Positions 30,313 to 40,100 of a stretch of DNA of 64,000 bases are shown here, piece by piece. The stretch lies in NCBI GenBank assembly GCA_029259775.1, contig JAJDEN010000056.1:8917-72916 (forward strand), read 5' to 3'. The position numbers were made by a program, and so were the translations under genes. The notes beneath the pieces were generated by a model. It ran no database searches and was not told the DNA's origin. It was given only the letters and a program-made list of their open reading frames with translations. The stretch is from Planctomycetota bacterium (GTDB lineage Bacteria; Planctomycetota; PLA2; JAEUHO01). Position 1 is the stretch's first letter. The number at the start of each line of letters is the position of its first letter.

Positions 30313-31251
30313 ATGTTCCTGCCCTTCGTCCTCGCTGAAGCGCCCTTCCCGTGGGCGGGCGAGATCAGCGCGGCCATGAGCGCCCTCCTCTGGGGCTCCT
30401 CGGGTGTCGTCATCGCGCTCATCCGCCCCCCGCTCTCTGCGGCGGCCATCAACCTCGGCAAAAACGCCGTCGCGACGCTCTGCTTCGTCATCGCGCTCTG
30501 GTGCTGGACGGGCTCGCCGATGCCGCAAGGCATGGACGCGCACGCGTTCTGGATCTTCTGCGCCAGCGGGTTCCTGGGACTCGCCGTCTGCGACACGTTC
30601 CTCATGCGCAGCCTGCTCGACATCGGGCCCCAGCGCATGACGCTCGTGTTCCTCATCGTTCCGGTGCTGACAGGCCTCGCCGCCATGCTGCCGCCATTCC
30701 GCGAGATGCCGCCCCTGCTCGCCTGGGCCGGCATGGGCGTGTGTCTCATCGGCATCACGCTGGCCGTACTGCGTCGCGGCGATGGATCGATCGAGCCAGC
30801 GCGCTACCGCCGGGGTGTGCGCAACGCCGCGATCGCCGCCGTGTTCCAGGCGGCGGCCCTGCTGCTGGCGCGCTACGGACTGAACGTGGACGAAGCGCCG
30901 GTGCTCGAGACATCCGTCGTTCGCATGGCGGCCGGCACGTTCGGGCTGGCGCTGATGGGCCTGTTCATCGGACGGCTGGACGTGTGGACTGGCGAGCTGC
31001 GTCGGAAGAAGGCCGCGCTGATGCTGTTCGCGGCGGCGTTCTTCGGCACGTTCATCGGCATCCTGACGAACCAGTTCGGCATGGCCTGGTCCGTGCACAC
31101 CGGCGTCGCCACCACCCTGAACTCGCTCATGCCCATCTACCTCATGCCGCTCTCCGTGCTGTTCCTGCAGGAGAAGTTCGGCAAGCAGGAGGTCCTGGCG
31201 ACGTTGATCTCGATTGCGGGCGTGGCCTTGATGATGCTGGGGTCGGGGTAG
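30313..31251 (+). CDS. DMT/EamA family transporter
   Basis: About 10 TM segments; SGFLGLAVCDTFLM..IGP, FLQEKF motifs. Confidence 0.88.
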   Translation: MFLPFVLAEAPFPWAGEISAAMSALLWGSSGVVIALIRPPLSAAAINLGKNAVATLCFVIALWCWTGSPMPQGMDAHAFWIFCASGFLGLAVCDTFLMRSLLDIGPQRMTLVFLIVPVLTGLAAMLPPFREMPPLLAWAGMGVCLIGITLAVLRRGDGSIEPARYRRGVRNAAIAAVFQAAALLLARYGLNVDEAPVLETSVVRMAAGTFGLALMGLFIGRLDVWTGELRRKKAALMLFAAAFFGTFIGILTNQFGMAWSVHTGVATTLNSLMPIYLMPLSVLFLQEKFGKQEVLATLISIAGVALMMLGSG

Positions 31252-31274
31252 CGCGCAGGAAGGTCCTGCGCGGA

Positions 31275-31625
31275 TCAGTCCACGTCCATGCGCTTGCGCA
31301 GCTCGACCAGCCGATCGCCCAATTCCGCCTTCCAGACCGGCGCCTTGCGCTCGAGCTTCGCGACGGCCCGGTGCGCCGCGGCCTCGAGCGACACGTCGAA
31401 GCGATCGCAGACCTCGGCCAGGGCGATCAGCACATCGCCGACCTCGTCCTCCAGGGCATCGGCGTCGCGCTTGCCGTAGTACTCGCCGTCGAGCACGCAG
31501 CGCATCACCTCCCCCACCTCCTCGGCCAGCGCCAACGCCGCGCCCACGCGGGGATGCTCGATGCCGACGGTCAGCTCGCGGATCCTCTCCTGCAGTGCCG
31601 CGATCTCCATGCGTATCTCCTCCAA
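31275..31625 (-). CDS. MazG-like nucleotide pyrophosphohydrolase
   Basis: LAEEVGEV and LEDEVGDVL motifs. Confidence 0.88.
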   Translation of the reverse strand: MEEIRMEIAALQERIRELTVGIEHPRVGAALALAEEVGEVMRCVLDGEYYGKRDADALEDEVGDVLIALAEVCDRFDVSLEAAAHRAVAKLERKAPVWKAELGDRLVELRKRMDVD

Positions 31626-31637
31626 GGGGTGGGCGTG

Positions 31638-33164
31638 TCAGCGTCGGGGGGCGAGCGTCAGCTCGCGGAAGGTGATGATCCGGACCCCCGCCTTGGCGAG
31701 CGCCTCCGCCAAGGGCGGCTCGAGCACGGCGCGTGCCTCGGCGGCACGGTCCAGCGTGCCTTGCTCCCCCGACGGCACGTCGTCCGCGCCGACCGCCGGA
31801 TGACCGACGACCTCGATCGTGCGGCCGCGGGCCCAGGCGGGGACACGGCGCGCGGCCGCCCAGCGTGCCGCTTCGCGCGCATCCACCCAGCCATCCGGAA
31901 CCGCCAGGCCGTGACCCCGAGCGACGCCGGCCGAGAGGGTCGCCAGCGCCCGCAGCACGAGCCGCTTGGCCCCCTCCACGGCCCCGCGGCCACGGACGGG
32001 CCCGAGAGGACGCAGGCTGCGCACCGCGAGCAGACCGGCGCCGACGAAGCGCCGGCAGAGCGCGCGGCGCACCCACGGCAGGCACCAGGCATGGCGGTGC
32101 GCGTCCACATGCGTCGGCTCGACCCCGAGCGCACGCAGCGCGGCGACCTGCGAGGTCAGGACGTCCGCGCCGCTCCGCCCGAGCATCGAGGCCAACGTGA
32201 AACGACCCAGGGAACCGGCGTCGAGCAGGTCGAGATGCAGACCCACGTCCGTGCCGGGGGCGCGGGCCGCCAGGGCGTGTACACCCTCTCGCACACGCGG
32301 ACCCGTGGTGAGGACCGAGACCGATGTGAGGCCGCCGCCCGCGGCGCCGCGCAGGAGCCCTTCGTCGATCGAGGCGCTCAGGCCCAGGTCGTCGCCGCTC
32401 ACGATCATCGACGTGACGGGCACGATCGGGTGACGCGCGCGTCCGTAGGCCGCCAAGCCGCGGTCTTGGGCGAAGATGCGCAGCGTGTCGAAGCCGGCCT
32501 GCAGCGCGCCGCGCCAGCCCACGCGGGACGCACGATCGGACGGCCGCACATGCACGGGCCCCGTCACGCACGGATGGCCGGCGCGATGGGCGAGCAGGAC
32601 CAGCTCGAGATCCCACGCGAAGCGGCGCGAGCGCAGGCGCGGGACGAGTGCGTCGGCGACCTCGCGCCGCAACGCCTTGAGGCCGGTTTGCGTATCGCGC
32701 AAGGGCAGCCGGAAGCAGAGGGCGGTCACGAGGTGGTAGAGGCGCGAGAGCAGGCGCCGCCCCGGCGGCCACTCGAGGCTCGCTTCGGGGTGGTACTTGC
32801 TCCCGACAGCGACGTCGGCGCCCTCGCGCTCGAGACGCTCGACCAACGGGATCACGTCTTCCGGCGGAATCTCGAGATCGGCGTCCAGCAGGACGATCAC
32901 GTCCTCTCGCGCCGCCGCACACCCTGTGGCCAGGGCGCGCCCCTTGCCCTCGTTGCGCTCGTGGACCAGCACGCGCACGCGGGCGTCCGTAGAAGCGACG
33001 GCGCGCGCGGCCTCGCCGGTGCCGTCGCGGCTGCCGTCGTCTACGACCAGCACCTCGAACGACCGGCCGGAGGTCTCGAGGCAGGCCATCAGGCGCTTCA
33101 GGTTGGCGGCGAGATGCGAGGCTTCGTCGTAGGCGGGCAGGACGATCGAGAGACCGGCGCTCAC
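31638..33164 (-). CDS. GT2 (DPM1-like) glycosyltransferase fused to a ChbG/HpnK (YdjC) deacetylase domain
   Basis: N-terminal IVLPAYDE, VDDGSRDGT, GKGRA, LDAD, DTQTGLK; C-terminal DDLGL, DVGLHLDL, THVDAHRH, EVVGHP. Confidence 0.85.
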   Translation of the reverse strand: MSAGLSIVLPAYDEASHLAANLKRLMACLETSGRSFEVLVVDDGSRDGTGEAARAVASTDARVRVLVHERNEGKGRALATGCAAAREDVIVLLDADLEIPPEDVIPLVERLEREGADVAVGSKYHPEASLEWPPGRRLLSRLYHLVTALCFRLPLRDTQTGLKALRREVADALVPRLRSRRFAWDLELVLLAHRAGHPCVTGPVHVRPSDRASRVGWRGALQAGFDTLRIFAQDRGLAAYGRARHPIVPVTSMIVSGDDLGLSASIDEGLLRGAAGGGLTSVSVLTTGPRVREGVHALAARAPGTDVGLHLDLLDAGSLGRFTLASMLGRSGADVLTSQVAALRALGVEPTHVDAHRHAWCLPWVRRALCRRFVGAGLLAVRSLRPLGPVRGRGAVEGAKRLVLRALATLSAGVARGHGLAVPDGWVDAREAARWAAARRVPAWARGRTIEVVGHPAVGADDVPSGEQGTLDRAAEARAVLEPPLAEALAKAGVRIITFRELTLAPRR

Positions 33165-33787
33165 GCGGCGCCACCCGGACGCGCGTAGACGATCAGGATG
33201 CCCTCGGCCACCGGCTGCGCGATGTCCGGCAGCACGTCCAAGCCGGCATGCCGAGCCGCGGCGGCGCCCGCTTGGCGCTCCGCTGCCGTCACGGTGGCAC
33301 GCTTCCAATGCACGAGCCGACCGCCGTCGGCCAAGAGCGGCGCTGCCAGGGCCGTGGCGTCGGCCAGCGAGCCAACGGCGCGGACCGTGACGAGGTCGGC
33401 CCCCCGCAGCAGGTCCGGCGCCTCGTTCTTGATCTCCCGCGCGTCGCATCCGATCGCTCGCGCGTTGTCGATGCCGGCCTCGAGGAGGCAGGCGGCGATG
33501 GCGCGCGCCTTCTTCTGGCGCCGCTCCACCAGCACGACACGGCAGCCCGGCCAGAGCGTGGCGACGGCAACGCCGGGGAAGCCGTTGCCGCTGCCCAGGT
33601 CGACCGCCACGCGCGGCGGATCGACGAGGTCCCAGGCGACGGCCACGCCCAGCGAGGGCACCACCAGGATCTCGTGGGCCTGCTCGGTCGTCTGCGCGGC
33701 CGTCAGGTTGATCTGGCGGTTCGTCGCGAGCAGGGCCTGGGTGTAGGCCACCAGGCGTTCCGGGAGGGGCGGCGACAAATTGCTCAC
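33161..33787 (-). CDS. rsmG: 16S rRNA (guanine527-N7) methyltransferase
   Basis: NRQINLTA, DLGSGNGFPG, VERRQKK, DLVTVRAV. Confidence 0.88.
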   Translation of the reverse strand: MSNLSPPLPERLVAYTQALLATNRQINLTAAQTTEQAHEILVVPSLGVAVAWDLVDPPRVAVDLGSGNGFPGVAVATLWPGCRVVLVERRQKKARAIAACLLEAGIDNARAIGCDAREIKNEAPDLLRGADLVTVRAVGSLADATALAAPLLADGGRLVHWKRATVTAAERQAGAAAARHAGLDVLPDIAQPVAEGILIVYARPGGAA

Positions 33788-33835
33788 GGCCGGGATTGGA
33801 CCCCGGCCGTGGCAGAAAAGCGAGACTGGACGGGC

Positions 33836-34648
33836 CTAGCCGGCGGCGGCCTTGCGCTTGGCTTCGCGCTCCCGGCGGAGCGCTACGCCACGAAGCGCGG
33901 CGGCCCGGGCAATCTCACGCAGCTCGGCTTCGCGGATCACACGGTAGGCGCGCAGTTCTTCGGCGTGGTCCCAGACGTCCTGCTCACGCTCGACGCCTTC
34001 GAGGACCGGGACGGACGCCGCCGTGTCCGGTACGTCGTAGCCGGAGGCGCGGGCGGCGGCCGCGAGGACGTCGCGCACCTCGTTGACCACGCGCTCGTTC
34101 CCGCTCCAGAGCCCGACGAAGCCGCCGGTGGGGAGTGCACGAGCGATGCAGACCACCCGGAAGCCGGGCGTGTCGGCGAGGACGAAGCGATAGCTGCGTA
34201 GGTTCAGCGGCATCGGGACCTGCTGCACACGGCCCAGGCGCGAGGCCGGAGCGGGCCGCAGGCTGGAGTTGAAGCCGAAGGCGGCCGAGGCGGCCGCAAA
34301 CTCGCGGATGCCGCGCGCGCGCGCCGGCATGTCGTCCGGATGCGGCAGCGAGATGTAGACGGAGCCGCCGAGGCGCTCGTCCTTCACCGTGTCCTCGATG
34401 TCGACCTCAGCGGCGCGGAGCTCGCTGGGGCTGAGCACGAGCAGCGTGCCGTCGGGGAGGGCGGTGGTACTGAGAGCTTCCTCCACGGGGCGCGGTGAGC
34501 GCAGCGTGGCTGGGTTCTCGACCCCGATGCGCGCCAGAGCGCGCTCAACCGCATCAAAGGCGCGATCGAGGAGGGGGAACGCGGACGGTCGGTCGTCGTA
34601 GTCCGCGATGACGTCGGGGAGGTGGTACTGGGGCAGCGGGCTGATCAT
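33836..34648 (-). CDS. Putative DICT-like sensory domain protein
   Basis: ELRAAEVDIED...GGSVYIS and RFVLADTPGF..IAR...FVGLWSGN pattern resemble the DICT domain; divergent. Confidence 0.5.
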   Translation of the reverse strand: MISPLPQYHLPDVIADYDDRPSAFPLLDRAFDAVERALARIGVENPATLRSPRPVEEALSTTALPDGTLLVLSPSELRAAEVDIEDTVKDERLGGSVYISLPHPDDMPARARGIREFAAASAAFGFNSSLRPAPASRLGRVQQVPMPLNLRSYRFVLADTPGFRVVCIARALPTGGFVGLWSGNERVVNEVRDVLAAAARASGYDVPDTAASVPVLEGVEREQDVWDHAEELRAYRVIREAELREIARAAALRGVALRREREAKRKAAAG

Positions 34649-34885
34649 GGGATGCCTGTGATCCTCTTGGGGGGAGGGTGCCCTGCTCTGGGGGGGCTTC
34701 GGGAAGCGAGGCGGGGGGGTCGGAAGCAGGAGGTTGGGGAGCAGGGTGCGCGGAGGGACGTCGGGCCGGTACGGGTCCTTCCTGGTTGCTGTTCACTACG
34801 CAGTTGGACGTCCGAAGGTTGGATTGGTTTCCCGGCTATACGCCTGGGACCTGACAAAGTGACAGCAGATATGCACCATAATCGA

Positions 34886-34936
34886 CGTAAGAGGCTTACA
34901 TCACTCAACTTACGAGCTTTGTATACTTTACGTAAG
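34886..34936. promoter_or_regulatory. AT-rich segment with repeated CGTAAG/CTTACG half-sites (candidate protein-binding site)
   Basis: CGTAAG 34886-91, CTTACA 34895-900, CTTACG 34909-14, TTACGTAAG 34928-36. Confidence 0.4.
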
Positions 34937-35026
34937 ATCTCGCCCCGGTCACCGCCCGAACGTCAGGTGCCTCGTACGGAAGGGCTGTCGGAGAGACCGG
35001 CACGGCAGGACCGACGGGCGGGTCCG

Positions 35027-36115
35027 TCAGGATCGCTTCGACAGACGTTCCTGGACGGCCTTGACGAGGATCGGCCAGGTGACCGTCGCGTCCGCCAAGA
35101 CCTCCGCGTAGCGGCCGCCGGCCTCGGGGGCGACGAACTTCCCCCACGAGACGCCTTCGCGATACGTACAGCCGGACAGGCCGCCCCAGTGGACCGGCTC
35201 GGGACACAGGCGGACGCCGTACTGGAACCGACGGATCGGGATGCTCTCGTCCTGCAGGCGGACGCGCATGATCTCGAGGTAGGGCGCGACCTGCTGCGCC
35301 CAGTTGCGGGGCACGCCGCCCCCCACCGTGAAGATGCCGAGCGTCGTCTGCTTCCGGATCCGGTCCGTGTAGTCCTCGAGGTCCAGGAACGCGTCGTAGC
35401 GCGGGTAGCCCTCCCCCTCCAGGGCGCAGCGGCGCTGGTAGAGCGCGATGTCGAGACCGATCTCGGAGTCAGTCAGGGCCGGGACGTAGACGGGGACATC
35501 GTGCAGCGCGGCGGATCGGAGCACACCCCGTCCCTCGACGTTGGCCTCCAACCACTCCCCGAGCATCCGGTGGAAATCAGCGCTCGAATACACGAGCTCG
35601 CGCGGCATGCCCTGCAGGACCTCCAGGACGATGCGCTCGATGTCATCGAGGCTGCGCTCGAGCTCCAGCGTGTCGTAGACCCGGTCGTAGCCCTTTTCGT
35701 AGAGCTCCTGATCCGACATGGCGGGGTCGTACTTGAAGTGCGAGCGGCCCGTGGCCTCGACGAAGCCGTGCGCCATGAGGGCGCCCGTGCTGACGATCGC
35801 GTCGATCCAACCCTGCTCGATCATGTCGCAGAGCACGAGGCCCATCTTGGCGACCGTCATGGCGCCCGAGAGCGTGCACACCACGTAGCAATCCGGGTCG
35901 CGCACCATGGCCTCGAGCACGTCGGCCGCCTCGCCCAGGTTGCGGCCGGCGAAGGCTGTCTGGGACATGGCCCGCACGAGGTCGTCGGTACTGTGGATCG
36001 TGCTCAGGTCGAGAGGCGAGAGCGGCTCGAGACCATCCGACACGCCGTCGTGCAGTTCCCGGATCTCCTCGATGGGCTTCCCGCTGTCGCGGGGCATGTT
36101 GATGTCGTGGCTCAT
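35027..36115 (-). CDS. Deoxyhypusine synthase-like protein (possible homospermidine synthase)
   Basis: TLSGAM, IVSTGA.MAH, DRVYD, VPALTDSEIG, GGGVPRNW, GGLSGCT..EGVSWGK, DAT. Confidence 0.93.
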   Translation of the reverse strand: MSHDINMPRDSGKPIEEIRELHDGVSDGLEPLSPLDLSTIHSTDDLVRAMSQTAFAGRNLGEAADVLEAMVRDPDCYVVCTLSGAMTVAKMGLVLCDMIEQGWIDAIVSTGALMAHGFVEATGRSHFKYDPAMSDQELYEKGYDRVYDTLELERSLDDIERIVLEVLQGMPRELVYSSADFHRMLGEWLEANVEGRGVLRSAALHDVPVYVPALTDSEIGLDIALYQRRCALEGEGYPRYDAFLDLEDYTDRIRKQTTLGIFTVGGGVPRNWAQQVAPYLEIMRVRLQDESIPIRRFQYGVRLCPEPVHWGGLSGCTYREGVSWGKFVAPEAGGRYAEVLADATVTWPILVKAVQERLSKRS

Positions 36116-36179
36116 GGGGCGCCATGGTGGTGCGGCCCGAGCGGTGAGGCAAGGCTGCGTCTGGCGTCGTCGGTCCTGG

Positions 36180-37184
36180 TCAGAGATCGCGGGGGCTGGC
36201 GATCACGGTGCCCGCCTGCACGCCGACCACGCCCTTGCCGCCCGGCGTTTCGACCACGAGGTGCATCCACACACGGCGCGAACCGCTGATGCCGACGATT
36301 TTCACCTCGAAGCCATCGGGGGCCCACACCGTGGGATCGTCGTTGGTCATGAGGCTTCGCCGGTGGAAGTCGGCCTTGTTGGTCCGCGCGAGCTGCACGT
36401 TGCCGTGGAGCAGGCGGCCACCGGTGCTCTCGTCCATGTCCTCGTCGATCAGCATCGACGTGCTGGGACTGGCGGAGAGGGTGCCCAGTCCGTCCATGAG
36501 GAAGAAGGCGGCGTCCACGGGTTCGTTCGGGTCCCAGGTGTGGTCGATACCGAACCGGTTGACGAGGTCCGCTGCGACACTGCGACGCTCGTCATCGTCC
36601 AGGATCTCGAGCAGCTGCGCATGGTTGGCGAAGCGCACGCTGCGCCACACGATGAGATCGCGCGCGGTCTTGATGGGCGGGTCCAAGATCAGGCGCCGCG
36701 TCGTGGCGCGCGGATAGACGCAGACGAAGCGGTAGAGATCGATGTGACGCGTGGCCCCCGTCGCCGGGTCGGCCACCGCGGGTGCCGCGGCGGCTTCGCG
36801 CACGAAGAGCAGGGCGTTGCCCGTGTGCGGATCGTCCTTGGCGTCGGGTGCGAGCGGATTGATCTCGTCGATGTGCGGCAGCCGCGCCGACGGCACGATC
36901 GGGTTGCGCGTCAGGTCCAGGGCGTCGAGGTAGGCCAGCCCGATGGCGTCGCCGCCGAAGAGCTTGTGGCTCGAGTTCACCTCGTCGAGCAGTTCGTAGG
37001 TGATGCGCTCGCCGCGTTCCGTCACACGGCGTACGGCGTCGAGCCGCCGCTCGGCGCGGCGCGTGGCCTCGATCGTGCCCTCCATGATGAGGACCATGAT
37101 CGTGAGGAGGCCCACGGTCACCACGACCTCGAACATCGTGAATCCGCCTTGGGCGGCGCGCGGCAGCTCTCTAGCGGTTGACAT
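36180..37184 (-). CDS. Prepilin-type (PilW/GspJ-like) protein
   Basis: Class III signal G|FTMFEVVVTVGLLTIMVL with E5. Confidence 0.8.
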   Translation of the reverse strand: MSTARELPRAAQGGFTMFEVVVTVGLLTIMVLIMEGTIEATRRAERRLDAVRRVTERGERITYELLDEVNSSHKLFGGDAIGLAYLDALDLTRNPIVPSARLPHIDEINPLAPDAKDDPHTGNALLFVREAAAAPAVADPATGATRHIDLYRFVCVYPRATTRRLILDPPIKTARDLIVWRSVRFANHAQLLEILDDDERRSVAADLVNRFGIDHTWDPNEPVDAAFFLMDGLGTLSASPSTSMLIDEDMDESTGGRLLHGNVQLARTNKADFHRRSLMTNDDPTVWAPDGFEVKIVGISGSRRVWMHLVVETPGGKGVVGVQAGTVIASPRDL

Positions 37185-40100
37185 AGATCTTCTCCATGTG
37201 CTGCGCGTAGTGAAGCGACTCGTCCACGCGGAACGTCTCGATGCGGATCAGGTAGGAGCCCTCCGGGAAGCGGTCCTTCGGAACCGCCCAGCTGAACGTC
37301 TCGTTCCCGCCTGCGGTGAGATCGAGCACGGTGCGGGCCGGATCGGGTCCCACACCCTCGATCCACGGGAGATGGCCCGGCTGAATGGACGCGTCGTCAC
37401 GCATGCTCAGCCAGGTCTTGCCGTTGTCCGTGGAGTACATCGGCACGTAGACGAGGTCGCTCTCGGCCTGGGCGAATCCGGCCGCGTACGAACGCGTATA
37501 GGGCTTGCCGTCCCAGCGCCGCCACTCGATGCGCCACTGCACGTCGATCGTCGAGGGGTCCTCGAGCTCGGTGATCAGCGTTGGACTGAGGACTTCCACG
37601 CGCGGGAGCTGCGTGATGCGGTTGGGCGAGCCAGGCAGCCCGCCGCCGAAGTAGCTGTGGACGAGGGAGAGCATGCTGTAGCGCGCGATGAACGAGGAGC
37701 CGGACTCCGTCGTGCGGTCGATGCCGTTGATCACGATGTAGCCGCCGCGCGGATTCGCGCCCGGCTCCTGCAGGCGTACCAGCCCGCTGCCGATGAGCGA
37801 GCCGTTGTCGTGGTCGTAGTAGCGCCGCACGAGCTGCGCGCTGTAGCGCGGGTACGCATCGGTGAAGTTGAACTCATCGCCCAGGCCGCCCGACCAGTTC
37901 GACGCCAGCTGGAACGGGCGACTCACCATCGTGGTGGTCGGGAGCGGGAAGTTGTACTCCTCGGACAGCTCCGGACCATCCTCCACCAGCGAGCCCTCGT
38001 GGCCCGACTGGTACTGGTGGTGGTACGTCGCCGCGCTCGTTCCGATGTTGAAGAACGACGTCGAGCCTTCGGCGTTGGTGCGCGACTCGCTCCTGCGCAT
38101 CGTCGTACCCAGTGGCTGCTGCGTACCAGTGATGCCGTCCTTGCGTACGAGGTGGAACTCGCCCGCGGCCGTGCCCGTGTTCGCCCGCAGATTGCCCCAC
38201 GGTTTCCACTGCGTGCCGTAGGTCGCGTCGGGACAGAGCTCGCCCATCCAGGGCTTCGACCACCAGTAGCCGCCCGATCGGATCCCGGCGCTGGTGCCGG
38301 TGTTGGTCCGCGCCAGCTTGCGGCTGCCGCGCAAGGTGCTGGTGCCGCCGCCGCCGGTGATCGTGTTCTCGTACACGTCGCCCGCGAGTCCGAAGGGCTT
38401 GCCGTCCATCGGGATGCTGTTGCTGTAGCCGTTCGCGCTGTCGTAGCCGACATCGCCGCCGAGCGACAGGTAGTAGAACGAGAAGCCGGTCTGGGCGTTC
38501 CAAAGCGCCTCGCTCTTGGTGATGGCCTGACGCAGCCACTGGAAGATGCGCCCGACGTCGTGGTCGGCGCGGCCGCGCCAGTGATCGCGCAAGCGGCCGG
38601 CGTCGAAGGCGAGCCACTGGTTCTGGAAGTTGCCCGAGCCGTCCGAGAAGTTGTCCCAGTACCAGTTGTAGCCGTGGGCCGCCGTGGTGCCGGTGGCGTC
38701 GAGGTCGGCGTAAGGGCAGTGACGCGGGTCGCCGTTCATCTGATGACGCTCGCTGAACGGCACCTTCTCGGGGTCGCCGTAGAACCAGGTGAACGTGCGC
38801 GACAGGTTGCGCGGCTCGTTGCGCGCAGGCCACAGGGTGCCCGCGGCGAGGTCGTGACCGAGACGCGTCTCCACGGCAATCACGCGGTCGACGCCGTCGC
38901 CGTCGTTGGCGCCCGGCGCGGAGGCGAGCGCACTTCGCAGGGCCGGTGTCGGCAGGGTGATCCGCCAACGCGCGGTGTTCTTGGGCGCGCTGCCGTTCCA
39001 GGCAAGGTCGCGGGTGAAGCGGTTCGTGTCGCCGGCGGTGCCGGGCGTCGGGCAGGGCACGTGGTCGAGGTCATAGAGACGGTAGGCGGACGGCAAGCCG
39101 CGACCGCTCAGCTCGGGCGCCTCGAGCGGCGTGCCGTGCAACTCCAGCACCGTGCGGTTGGTCGCGGCTTCGAAGCGGATCCCGTACCACATCTCGCCGC
39201 GCTCGAAGCCGCCGTCCCGCACGCCGTCCTGATCTGCGTCGAAGAAGGTCTCGGCTGGATCCCAGGTGCTGTCGCCGTCCATGTCCAGGAAGGGCTCGCC
39301 GAAGTTGGCCACGTAGGCGTCTTCCGCGGCCGTGCTGCCGAAGTCGAGCGGATTCCAGGGCTGCCACGCGGGCGGCGTCGCGGTGGTCGGGCCGTCGCGC
39401 ACGCCGTTGCCGTTCCGGTCCCAGTAGGGTTCCGCCGGGTCCCAGCTGCCGTTCGCGTTGCCGTCGTTGAACGGCTCCGCGGGCCGCGCCGGATCGAAGG
39501 TCGCGTCGCCGTCCAGATCGGTCAAGGCCTCCGTCGTCGTGCCGTACGCGCCGTCGCCGTCACGCTCCTGATACGGGTCGTGCGCGTCCTTCGCGCCGTT
39601 GCCGTCCAGGTCGAAGTAGGTCTCGGCGAGCTGACGGATGCCGTCGCCATTTCCATCGCCGAAGATCTCGGGGTAGCGCGGCGCCGCATGCAACGCCTGG
39701 TAGGCGTCACCGGCCCCGCTGCCGTCGGTGTCGATGCCGCCGGGCAGCCGCTCGATGACGATCGACGGGTTCGATGCCGCGTTCGGCGCACCGCTGTGAT
39801 CGGCACCTGGCAGGACGAGCGTGGCCGGGAGCCCCGCGTCGCGCACACCGTTGCCGTTCCAGTCCTGGTAGGCCTCGCCGGCGTCGTAGCTTCCGCTGCC
39901 ATTGACGTCGAGGAACGGTTCCTCTTGCGTCATCAAGACCTCGGCACCGGACGTACCCGCGAATGCGGTCTTGTAGGCGTGCACGCGGAAGCGTGGTGCG
40001 ATCGATGCGGCGTCGTTGCCGGCCACACGGGTCGGCGCGATGCGCTCGGGGTGCGTCACGACCCGCCAGCCCGGCTTGGCCTCGGGCAGGGCCGCGGCGT

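Noticed and set aside
27604-33174. 1856-aa ORF as one giant protein
   Set aside because: The upstream ~1170 codons are Arg/Gly/Ala-rich shadow frame overlapping real genes (DMT, MazG, GT2). Only 27604-29664 looks coding.
34871-34938. Xer/dif site (ATGCACCATAA and TGTATA resemble parts of dif)
   Set aside because: No XerD-arm match (TTATGTTAAAT-like) at the required spacing; kept only as an unexplained palindromic site.
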